Below, one piece after another: positions 1 to 8,345 of a DNA stretch of 64,000 bases. The translations under genes and the position numbers were made by a program. Position 1 is the first letter of the stretch. Each line of letters begins with the position of its first letter. Origin of the DNA: Salaquimonas sp. (GTDB lineage: Bacteria; Pseudomonadota; Alphaproteobacteria; Rhizobiales; Rhizobiaceae); assembly GCA_028289365.1 (NCBI GenBank), contig JANQQM010000038.1, forward strand, positions 51,115 to 115,114. The letters run 5' to 3'. The notes below the pieces were generated by a model, which saw nothing but the letters and a program-made list of their open reading frames with translations, ran no database searches and was not told the DNA's origin.

Positions 1-842
1 AATGCGATGCCGATCCAGCCTGCGCCGTCTCCAAATACCGGTCTGGGTGCGTAGTAGCCGGCGACATTGAGCAGGCCCAGCGGCCCGAGATCGAGCGGAT
101 CCTGCTTGCTGGGCAGCAATCTCAGAACAGAGAAATACCAGATGAATATCCATAACAGCAGTGGGATATTACGCATCACCTCAACGAAAGCGTAAGCGAC
201 CTGCGAGATAACAAAATTGGTCGACAGCCGGGCGACGCCGACAATAAAGCCGAGCAATGTCGCCAGGATAATCCCGAGTACCGCCACGATAAGCGTGTTT
301 TGCAGGCCAACCATGTAGACCGTCAGGTAGGTTGACGTTTCCGAATACTGAATGAAGGGTGAGAAGTTGATGCCAAAACCGGCTGCCCGGTCAAGAAAAC
401 CGAAACCGGAAGAAATGTTGGCTGCAGCCAGGTTGCGGACCGTATTGCCGACAAAAAACCAAAACACGAAACCCAGAAATGCCATGACAAGCATTTCGAA
501 GAAGAAATTGCGTAAGCCGCTGTCGTTGAATACGTTTCCGGCATAGCTTTGCTTGCCTTCAAAACCAAACCAGGCTTTTGTCCGGAAAATTATCGCGATG
601 GGAAACAGAAGGAGTACCAGCGCGATAAAGTTGAATATTTTTGCAATGTCGATGCTTACGACGCCGCCCGCTATGCCGCCGATACTGGCAAAGGGTGCGC
701 CATAGTCACCTTCAAAGTAATTGTAAACGGCGGACAAATAGAAGGCCAGGATCGCGAGCGCCGCAAAGACCGTTACCAATAGAAATCGAGGATCGGATTG
801 CGCGGAAACGTCACCATCCGCGATGGGTTGTTGAACTGCCAT
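1..842 (-). CDS. aapQ: General L-amino-acid ABC transporter permease, AapQ/BztB-like (C-terminal part lies outside the window)
   Basis: The minus-strand frame is open from ATG at complement(842..840) to the window edge. It is absent from the ORF track because no stop lies in the window. My translation MAVQQPIADGD...GLQNTLIVAVLGIILATLLGFIVGVARLSTNFVISQVAYAFVEVMRNIPLLLWIFIWYF is a multi-TM polar-amino-acid permease core. It lies directly downstream of the aapJ-like gene. Confidence 0.8.
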   Translation of the reverse strand, partial: MAVQQPIADGDVSAQSDPRFLLVTVFAALAILAFYLSAVYNYFEGDYGAPFASIGGIAGGVVSIDIAKIFNFIALVLLLFPIAIIFRTKAWFGFEGKQSYAGNVFNDSGLRNFFFEMLVMAFLGFVFWFFVGNTVRNLAAANISSGFGFLDRAAGFGINFSPFIQYSETSTYLTVYMVGLQNTLIVAVLGIILATLLGFIVGVARLSTNFVISQVAYAFVEVMRNIPLLLWIFIWYFSVLRLLPSKQDPLDLGPLGLLNVAGYYAPRPVFGDGAGWIGIA

Positions 843-1002
843 TTTTCCCCTTACCCGTTATTGATGTCCGAATTCTCTGGTCCGGATTGTCAACAATCGC
901 CGAATATTCCTTCCGACAAGGATACCCTTTGCCGCGACCTGTGTCACCGCGTAGATGTGGAAAGGGGGCCAACTTTGTCAGTTGGCCCCCAGTTTTTACC
1001 GA

Positions 1003-2028
1003 TTAGCGAACTGGCGGTGCGTATTGCAGGCCGCCCTTCGACCATAGATCGTTCACGCCGCGTGAAATCTGCAGCGGTGTTTCAGGACCAACATTGCGGT
1101 CAAACGTCTCGGCATAGTTACCGACCTGCTTGATGATGTTGTAGGCCCAGTCATTTCCGACGCCGATCATTTCGCCGAATGTACCTTCGGTTCCAAGCAG
1201 ACGCTTGATACCCGGGTTTTCGGTTTTCATCATTTCATCGACGTTACCTGAAGTCACGCCAAACTCTTCAGCGTTGACCATTGCGAAATGAGTCCATTTC
1301 ACCAGGTTGAACCACTGGTCGTCGCCCTGACGGACAACCGGACCAAGAGGCTCTTTGGAAATGATTTCAGGAAGAACGATGTGCTCGCCAGGATTGGTAA
1401 GCTTCAAGCGCTGAGCATACAGACCGGATTGGTCAGTCGTGTAAACGTCACAACGGCCAGCGTCGTAGGCGGCAACAACTTCGTCAGCCTTTTCAAACGC
1501 AACCACTTCATATTCCATGTTGTTGGCACGGAAATAATCAGCGACATTCAATTCGGTCGTTGTACCGGTGTTTGTGCAGATCGATGCACCGGAAAGTTCC
1601 AGCGCCGATTTGACGTCAAGCGATGAACGGACCATGAAGCCCTGACCATCGTAGTAGTTGACGCCTGCAAAGTTCAGGCCGAGCGATGTGTCGCGGCTCA
1701 TTGTCCAGGTCGTGTTCCTTGAAAGAACATCGACTTCACCGGACTGCAGCGCGGTAAAACGCTCTTTAGCGGAAAGTGGTGTGTACTTTACTTTTTCCGC
1801 GTCTCCGAAAACTGCGGCGGCAATGGCACGGCACAGATCAACATCGAGGCCAGTCCAATTACCCTTGTCGTCCGGATTGGAGAAACCAGGAAGTCCCTGG
1901 CTCACGCCACACTGGACAAATCCTTTGGCCTTAACGTCGTCAAGTGTAGCCGCTTGGGCGCCTGCTACAGCTAATCCTAGCGCTGTTACTGACAACGCTA
2001 CTGACTTCATTAATTTTTTCATTAACAA
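1003..2028 (-). CDS. aapJ: General L-amino-acid ABC transporter periplasmic binding protein
   Basis: 341 aa with a signal peptide ending AGAQA. It resembles Rhizobium AapJ as I remember it along nearly its full length (DVKAKGFVQCGV, LSRNTTWT, GRCDVYTTDQSGLY, SKEPLGPVVRQGDDQWF, KGGLQYAPPVR). Confidence 0.9.
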   Translation of the reverse strand: MLMKKLMKSVALSVTALGLAVAGAQAATLDDVKAKGFVQCGVSQGLPGFSNPDDKGNWTGLDVDLCRAIAAAVFGDAEKVKYTPLSAKERFTALQSGEVDVLSRNTTWTMSRDTSLGLNFAGVNYYDGQGFMVRSSLDVKSALELSGASICTNTGTTTELNVADYFRANNMEYEVVAFEKADEVVAAYDAGRCDVYTTDQSGLYAQRLKLTNPGEHIVLPEIISKEPLGPVVRQGDDQWFNLVKWTHFAMVNAEEFGVTSGNVDEMMKTENPGIKRLLGTEGTFGEMIGVGNDWAYNIIKQVGNYAETFDRNVGPETPLQISRGVNDLWSKGGLQYAPPVR

Positions 2029-2291
2029 CAGCCTTTTCTGTTACCCTTGGTTTTATCGTTAGCTGCGAACCTGTAATCGGTCGCCAGCCTGTGGAAAGAT
2101 GATACAAAACCCACAGCATGCCAACATCAGTTTCAGTCGTAAAACTGCATGACCAAGGTTTGCGCTGTGCGTTTCGATCTCAATCGGCGCCAATCACAAA
2201 TGATTTATGGTGATACGTCAAGGTGCTTTTTAGTTGTATAGTTGACGCCGCTTGCCGCATTTTCGCCTGATATCAAATAAATCGGCAAAAT

Positions 2292-3968
2292 TCAGAAGTC
2301 AGTGGGTGCACCGCCCTCGCGCTTTCGTTTCTCGACAAAACTCCGTAATTCTTCCTCGATCGCTTCGTCCAGCGGTGGTGCTTCAAATTCGTCGATGATG
2401 CGCTTCCAGATCTTATGAGCGCGCTCCAACGTGGTGACTGCGCCGCGGTCGCACCAGTTTTCATAATTCGACCAATCCGACAGAAACGGGCTATAAAACG
2501 CGGTTTCGTACCGGTCCTGAGTGTGTTGAATGCCAAAGAAATGCCCGCCTTGGCCTATCTCCCTGATCGCGTCCAGGGCAATTTCACTTTCATCCCAATT
2601 AACCGGCCGCATATAGCTGGTCAATTGTTGTAGATGCTCACAATCCATGACCAGTTTTTCGTACCCGGCACACAGTCCTCCTTCCAACCAACCGGCCGCG
2701 TGATAGACCATGTTTGCCTGCGAGGTTAGTACGGCAAACATCGAGTTCGCACTTTCCCATGTCGCCTGGTTGTCGGGCGTATTGGAAACACAGGTGTTGG
2801 TCGCCCTGAGCGGTAGACCATAACGGCGCGCCATCTGACCGGTAATCTGCGTCGCTCGCATATATTCCGGAGTCCCAAAGGCTGGCGCACCGGTTTTCAT
2901 GTCGACATTGGAACTGAACGTCCCAAGCACCGCAGGACAACCGGGGTTGATGATCTGGACAAGGGTGATCGCGCTCAAGCCTTCAGCGATAGACTGCGCC
3001 ACAGTTCCGGCAATCGTTATGGGCGACATTGCCCCTGCCAGGGTGAACGGAGTCACAATCGTCGGCTGACCCCGTCTGGCCAATCTCATCAATCCGTCAA
3101 TCATCGGCCAGTCATGTTTGAGCGGTGACGTCGAGTTGATATTGGTGAACATGCGCGGTTTGGCATCAAACTCCTCGTGAGTGAGGCCGGCTGCAATCCG
3201 CACCATCTCAATCACATCCTCGACGCGTTCGGTTCCCAGCGAATAGGCGTGAACCGTCTTGTCGGTGAGTGTGAGCATGTCGTAGAGGCAATCCAGGTGA
3301 CGGATTGACGGATGGATATCTATCGGTTCGACCGGATAGCCGCCACTGAAATGGAGGCAGTTGAAATACTGGGTAAGCTTCATCAGGTCCTGGAAGCTCT
3401 CCCGGTCGCCGGTGCGCCTGCCGCGATCGAGGTCGGAACAATTTGGTGGTGAAGATATATTTCCGAATACAATATTGTTCCCGCCTATTGGGATTTCCTT
3501 ATCCGGGTTTCTCGGCGTGATCGTAAATTGTGCCGGTGCAAGGGCAATTTTCTCCATGACCAGGTTACGGTCCATACGGACGACTGCGCTTTCGCCCGTT
3601 TCTTCCGAAATGGTGCAGCCTTCCCTACGAAATATTTCAACGGCCTCCATGTTGAGAAATTCTATTCCGATCTCTTCCAGGATTCTCATTGCGCCATCAT
3701 GGATGGCTTCAACACCTTCCTCGGGAATAGCCTGAATAGGTTGGTCTGGGTTTTGGGGGATTTGCCATTGCAGTTGTTCAATAATGCCAGCTTTGCCGCG
3801 CTTGTTTGCGGCACGGCCTCCCATCCGCCGCGATCGGCGTGGCGCAGTAGTCCCGCTTTCAGGCGCTGTGTCCAACGTATCTGGCATTTCCATCGATCCT
3901 TTGCCCGCCCGGGATTTCAAAATTCGTCGAAACAAATGATGACCAATTTGCTGCCTTCGTACAGACAA
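2292..3968 (-). CDS. MttB-superfamily (trimethylamine methyltransferase-like) protein, non-pyrrolysine type; probably a quaternary-amine/betaine methyltransferase
   Basis: 558-aa ORF; a shorter start at MEMPDTL (complement 3893) is plausible. MttB-family stretches are present, such as PTIVTPFTLAGAMSPITIAGTVAQSIAEGL and GWLEGGLCAGYEKLVMDCE. There is no in-frame TAG. Confidence 0.8.
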   Translation of the reverse strand: MSVRRQQIGHHLFRRILKSRAGKGSMEMPDTLDTAPESGTTAPRRSRRMGGRAANKRGKAGIIEQLQWQIPQNPDQPIQAIPEEGVEAIHDGAMRILEEIGIEFLNMEAVEIFRREGCTISEETGESAVVRMDRNLVMEKIALAPAQFTITPRNPDKEIPIGGNNIVFGNISSPPNCSDLDRGRRTGDRESFQDLMKLTQYFNCLHFSGGYPVEPIDIHPSIRHLDCLYDMLTLTDKTVHAYSLGTERVEDVIEMVRIAAGLTHEEFDAKPRMFTNINSTSPLKHDWPMIDGLMRLARRGQPTIVTPFTLAGAMSPITIAGTVAQSIAEGLSAITLVQIINPGCPAVLGTFSSNVDMKTGAPAFGTPEYMRATQITGQMARRYGLPLRATNTCVSNTPDNQATWESANSMFAVLTSQANMVYHAAGWLEGGLCAGYEKLVMDCEHLQQLTSYMRPVNWDESEIALDAIREIGQGGHFFGIQHTQDRYETAFYSPFLSDWSNYENWCDRGAVTTLERAHKIWKRIIDEFEAPPLDEAIEEELRSFVEKRKREGGAPTDF

Positions 3969-4170
3969 TTTCGCGGCAAAACGTGTCGTTTTAGTAAAGG
4001 TGGGCGTTCAGATGGCGTCCTGATTAGCATTTGGTTGACATCGCGAATTAATGTCGTCCATGTATCTGCCGATTGAACGATCGACTTAACCGAGCCAAGG
4101 CGTTGACCTGCATATAGCTGTTGACGGCAATCGGTGTTCGATTGCTGAACAAAACCATGACGGACCCCTG

Positions 4171-5511
4171 ATGAACGACAAAAAGACTGAAGAGGCGAAA
4201 GCCCATTTTCTCGAGTTTCTTTCTCATATGGAAAAGGACGAGTTCGATAAGGCTGAAGAACAGATTTTGGCCGCCTACGAGATTCTTCCTGAACGGCCAT
4301 CCATCGTCACCAATCTGCTGGCGATATCGGTACAAAATGAGAATTACGAATTCGCAGCTGACGTATTTGAGCGATTTAACGAAAATAACGATACCGACGA
4401 ATTCAGTGATTACTACTATGCAATTTCCTTGTCGCATACAAACAGGTTTGCACAATCACAAAAATTCATTCAGGAGAACATGGCTGAAATCACCAACTCG
4501 CCATCGCTGTATAAGCTGATTGGCGACAATTATTTTTATATGGGTGATTTCGAGAATTCGTTGCAACACTTCCAGACAGCAAAAAATCTCCTGAATGGCA
4601 GCAAAGATGACCCGCTAAATGACAAGATTGCCAGTTTGGAACATTGGGAAGGAATATTGGATTTTCGAATTGTCCGGTCGCTTGAAAGGCTGGGCAGGCA
4701 CGAGGAATGCTGGGAACTTTGTGCAGAATTGAACAGACCGGCAGCTGACGCCACTGTTGAAGATTATAAAATAGACGCCGACGCGCGCTGGAACATGCTA
4801 TCAGCGCTATCAGAATTTCCCCCAGCCGAAACCTCGGCGGACGAAAGCACGATAGACATTCCCTATACAATTTTCATATGGGGGCCTTCCAGATCCGGCA
4901 AGACATCTCTAGAAAAGTTCTTCGACGTTTTCCCAGGAATCGCAAAGCTTGGCGAAACTCGCATCATACGCGACATCGTGGATGAGACCGGGGCTGCAAT
5001 TAATGATCAAAGTCTTAGTCCTGAGCTTCTCAAGGAAAAGCGCATTGAATATTTCTACAACAGATATGTAGAATATTTGCGTAAAAATCATAAGGGCGAG
5101 AAAGCTGTGATATTTACCGCCCCTGGCGATTTACAATATATGAATGTAGTAATGGGGATCCCAAAATCCAGATTTATTTTTGTGGAACGAGATCTATATG
5201 ATTTGATATTCAGAATATTTTCAAGTTATTATATAGTGAAGCCAATAATTACTTCTGATATTCAACGAATACATGACCACGTCAAATGGTATCGGCAATT
5301 ATCCGGATTTTTGTATGAAAACTACAAGGATAAATCCATAGCCATTTCATACGACGAATTAGTCGAAGACCCTCGTGCCATTGTCGGCAGATTATGTGAA
5401 TTCCTTGATTTCACACCTGCCGAAATGAAACTTCGCGAACCCTATGATGACCGGGGCTGCGGGCAGCCCTACATTTCATACATGAGGGAGCTCGGAGTCG
5501 CGGAACATTAG
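4171..5511 (+). CDS. TPR-repeat / sulfotransferase fusion protein
   Basis: 446 aa. The N-terminal half has TPR-like helical repeats (GDNYFYMGDFENSLQHFQTAKNLL). The C-terminal half has a PAPS 5-prime-phosphosulfate-binding-type loop IWGPSRSGKTSL and a later VERDLYDLIFRIFSS motif. The gene is visibly more A+T-rich than its neighbours. Confidence 0.65.
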   Translation: MNDKKTEEAKAHFLEFLSHMEKDEFDKAEEQILAAYEILPERPSIVTNLLAISVQNENYEFAADVFERFNENNDTDEFSDYYYAISLSHTNRFAQSQKFIQENMAEITNSPSLYKLIGDNYFYMGDFENSLQHFQTAKNLLNGSKDDPLNDKIASLEHWEGILDFRIVRSLERLGRHEECWELCAELNRPAADATVEDYKIDADARWNMLSALSEFPPAETSADESTIDIPYTIFIWGPSRSGKTSLEKFFDVFPGIAKLGETRIIRDIVDETGAAINDQSLSPELLKEKRIEYFYNRYVEYLRKNHKGEKAVIFTAPGDLQYMNVVMGIPKSRFIFVERDLYDLIFRIFSSYYIVKPIITSDIQRIHDHVKWYRQLSGFLYENYKDKSIAISYDELVEDPRAIVGRLCEFLDFTPAEMKLREPYDDRGCGQPYISYMRELGVAEH

Positions 5512-5568
5512 CTCCGCGAGTAATGCAGCGCTCCTGCACCCCTTGAAATACACCAGCAGTTCTCGACG

Positions 5569-6690
5569 TCAGATCGAATAGCGCAAGATTGCAGCTAATG
5601 CAGTATCTCCTGGTAGGTCAGATTGCCGGACACCGAGTACCCTGCCGCCATGGCTCCAGGTACGGCGCGCTATCTCGTCATAGACGCTATAGGTTGAAGC
5701 GCCTTCTGAATCATCAAACGTCACGGCGCCTGTTTCCTCATCGACAATGCCGGGCTGTGTCGCATTGATATCTACTAGCAAGGTGTCGATTGCACCAAAC
5801 GTTGCAGCGCGGGCCGCATCGCTGACGTCCGATGTCGCGCGACCTTCCGAAAAGCGGCTTTCATAAAGACTGCGCAGCTTGGCAGTTTCGTCGGCATAAT
5901 GTGCATCCAGTACCGGACGCGCGGCATCTGACAATTCCGCATCGCTCATCTGATCGGGACTGTCGGAGATCGTTTTTTCAAGCAGGTTGGGATAGCTGTT
6001 CACGGAGGGATATAGATTACCCAGGCGGCCGGTCGCTGCAAGAATAAGCGGGATATGGCGTCCCGAAAGCACAGGCCGGAGCGCTGCATCGACGCGACGC
6101 GCATATTGGCGAAGCCTGACATTTTGACCTTCATCGCCTTGAATTCTCCCACTGGGGGAGCGGCTATTCAGATTTGCTGTCCGCGCAGCCCCTGCAGCAC
6201 TCTTGGGCAGGTCTTCAACCTTGACAGAAGTCGCGGGCAAATCGGCGGAGACTTCCACCAACCGTACTGCATTTTCAGAAAGCGCCAATACGAATGCGGT
6301 GTTTGAAAATGTGATCGCCCTTAGAAGCGGCGTCAGATGGAAACGATCGGATACCTGAACGTCAGGGGTGAGTGCATTTGCCAGTCGATAGTGGCGCATT
6401 CCCCTTGGTGTGGCAAACACAGCCAGGGAGTGGGCCTGAACAGCCCAGAAATCATCATCGCTGGCCAGATCCTCCAGCTGCTCCACTATTGCTGCAGTTT
6501 CGCGCTTGTCAAAATCATTTGCCTCGAGCTGGTCCTGTGCCTGCTTTGTGAGATTGCGAAGTTCAATCTGGGCTTCGCCTGCCTGTTGGCTTACAGGCGT
6601 GGTCTTGACGTAGATGGATACACAACCCCCTGCCCTCACGCGGCCAAGAGCTTCAAATTCCGACAAGGTCGGGACATCGACATACAGCAA
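5569..6690 (-). CDS. eRF1/Pelota-like protein (bacterial-archaeal eRF1 'baeRF' type), function unknown
   Basis: 373 aa with a TTG start and GGAG 7 nt upstream. The N-terminus (...GGCVSIYVKTTP...), central Gly/Gln loop (RSPSGRIQGDEGQN) and C-terminal ATFGAIDTLLVD resemble the eRF1 domain-3 GAVETLL-type motif. The assignment is from motif memory only. Confidence 0.45.
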   Translation of the reverse strand: MLYVDVPTLSEFEALGRVRAGGCVSIYVKTTPVSQQAGEAQIELRNLTKQAQDQLEANDFDKRETAAIVEQLEDLASDDDFWAVQAHSLAVFATPRGMRHYRLANALTPDVQVSDRFHLTPLLRAITFSNTAFVLALSENAVRLVEVSADLPATSVKVEDLPKSAAGAARTANLNSRSPSGRIQGDEGQNVRLRQYARRVDAALRPVLSGRHIPLILAATGRLGNLYPSVNSYPNLLEKTISDSPDQMSDAELSDAARPVLDAHYADETAKLRSLYESRFSEGRATSDVSDAARAATFGAIDTLLVDINATQPGIVDEETGAVTFDDSEGASTYSVYDEIARRTWSHGGRVLGVRQSDLPGDTALAAILRYSI

Positions 6691-6860
6691 TTGAATTCTC
6701 CGAAAAATAGTACAGGTTGGCGCCAGCCTGGCATTCCGTCTGGATGCCGGGAATGACGTGGGAAGCAGTCACTTTGCATCTAGGTGCAGCAATCGGGAAT
6801 TGCCAAATTTTTCGAACAATCAGTTGACAGAAATCAAATTTCCGATGGACAAGCGTTAAT

Positions 6861-6890
6861 TAATTCGATAATACTAGAATTATCGAATTA
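6861..6890. promoter_or_regulatory. Perfect 12-6-12 inverted repeat, candidate ArsR-family operator
   Basis: TAATTCGATAAT-actaga-ATTATCGAATTA; the arms are exact reverse complements. It ends 11 nt before the arsR-family ATG (6902), just upstream of the GGAG Shine-Dalgarno. Confidence 0.6.
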
Positions 6891-6901
6891 TTGGAGTCGA
6901 C

Positions 6902-7207
6902 ATGAACACCGATCTAGCAGCACAAGGTTTTTCCGCGATGGGCTCCGGATCCAGGCTGGAGGTTTTGAAGACACTCGTCAGGGCCGGTGATCCGGGACTT
7001 TCCGTAAGCCTGATCCAGAGCCGGACCGGTATTGCAGCGTCAACTTTGACTCATCACCTGAAGAATCTTGCGGCAGCAGGTCTAATCGATCAACAGCGCG
7101 ACGGCCGGACCATCAATGTCCAGGCAAATTACGAACATTTGCGTGCGTTGGCGGCGTTCATTCTGGCCGAATGTTGTGTTGAACAAGAAGGAACCCAGGA
7201 TGAGTGA
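6902..7207 (+). CDS. ArsR/SmtB-family transcriptional regulator
   Basis: 101 aa with a wHTH stretch SRLEVLKTLVRAGDPGLSVSLIQSRTGIAASTLTHHLKNLAAAGLI. Its stop overlaps the start of the next gene. Confidence 0.85.
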   Translation: MNTDLAAQGFSAMGSGSRLEVLKTLVRAGDPGLSVSLIQSRTGIAASTLTHHLKNLAAAGLIDQQRDGRTINVQANYEHLRALAAFILAECCVEQEGTQDE

Positions 7208-8246
7208 AGCCACACAAAGCCTTACAAGTCTGAATAAATGGGCATCCATCAAACCCGTATTCCTGAATGTCTGGACCCTGGTCGTACTACTGCCAATACT
7301 GGTAGCGATTTTCAATCAACCAAATTTCCTGCCGGTAATCCGTTTTGCATCCGGCGCGTTTTTGAATACGCTGCCCTATATTGCCTTTGCGGTGTTGCTC
7401 ATCGCATCGCTGAAGGCAGCGGGCGCGGAATCAGTAATCGCGAATGCGTTCAAAGGCCGGGAGAACCGGATGATCCTGTTTGCAGCCTTGTTTGGTGGAC
7501 TGGCTCCGTTCTGCTCTTGTGAAGTCATCCCGTTTATCGCCGGGCTGCTAGCGCTGGGTGCTCCGCTCTCGGCAGTCATGGCTTTCTGGCTATCTTCGCC
7601 GCTGATCGATCCACCGACATTATTGATAACCGCTGCCGCGCTTGGCTGGCCGTTTGCCGCCGGGAAGGCGATTGCCGCCGTCGCACTTGGGCTGTTTGGC
7701 GGTTTTGTGATCAAGATGCTTATCTCCGGTGGCGCGTTTGCCAATCCGCTCAAGGAATACAAAACGAAATCCTGTGGCTGTGGTCCGAATCCTTTCAGCG
7801 GTAAGCCGGAATGGACATTCTGGCGGGAAGCAGATCGCCGCACCGTATTCAAGAATGAGTTCCTGGAAAATGCGCTGTTTCTCGTCAAATGGCTAGCGCT
7901 GGCCTATGTGCTCGAGGCGCTTCTGGTTACCTATGTTCCGGCATCGCTGATCGCCAATCTTGTAGGCGGTGACGGTATCCTGACGGTTGGAATGGCTGCA
8001 CTCGTCGGCATGCCGGCTTATCTCAATTCCTATGTTGCTCCGCCGCTTGTGGCCGGATTGATGGATCAGGGCATGGGTACCGGTGCCGCGATGGCGTTCA
8101 TGGTCGCTGGTGCGGTCAGTTCCATTCCCGCGATGGCAGCGGTTTATTCGCTGGTCAAACCACGGGTTTTTGGCATGTATGTTCTGCTGGGCATTCTGGG
8201 CGCCATTGCTTCAGGTCTGGTGTACCAGTTTGCAATCCAGGCATAA
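7200..8246 (+). CDS. DUF318-type permease with vicinal cysteines (ArsP-like efflux permease)
   Basis: Multi-TM protein. ATG at 7200 overlaps the arsR stop by 8 nt; the ORF track begins at 7116. It has FCSCEVIPF and KSCGCG cysteine pairs, as in ArsP-type organoarsenical permeases. Confidence 0.7.
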   Translation: MSEATQSLTSLNKWASIKPVFLNVWTLVVLLPILVAIFNQPNFLPVIRFASGAFLNTLPYIAFAVLLIASLKAAGAESVIANAFKGRENRMILFAALFGGLAPFCSCEVIPFIAGLLALGAPLSAVMAFWLSSPLIDPPTLLITAAALGWPFAAGKAIAAVALGLFGGFVIKMLISGGAFANPLKEYKTKSCGCGPNPFSGKPEWTFWREADRRTVFKNEFLENALFLVKWLALAYVLEALLVTYVPASLIANLVGGDGILTVGMAALVGMPAYLNSYVAPPLVAGLMDQGMGTGAAMAFMVAGAVSSIPAMAAVYSLVKPRVFGMYVLLGILGAIASGLVYQFAIQA

Positions 8247-8290
8247 CGGATGGGAAGTGAGTTTAGCTGTTTAAAGAAACAACAGCGCTG

Positions 8291-8317
8291 AAGAAAATGG
8301 CGGCCAAAGGCCGCCAT
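8291..8317 (-). terminator. Rho-independent terminator between convergent genes
   Basis: ATGGCGGCC-aaa-GGCCGCCAT forms a perfect 9-bp stem (8297..8317). On the minus strand it is followed by TTTCTT. It sits between the permease stop (8246) and the MBL stop (8346). Confidence 0.6.
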
Positions 8318-8345
8318 ATCCGAATCCCCTCAATGGAGTTGATCC

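Noticed and set aside
2292-3968. A pyrrolysine-containing MttB
   Set aside because: The frame has no in-frame TAG, and no pyl genes are seen.
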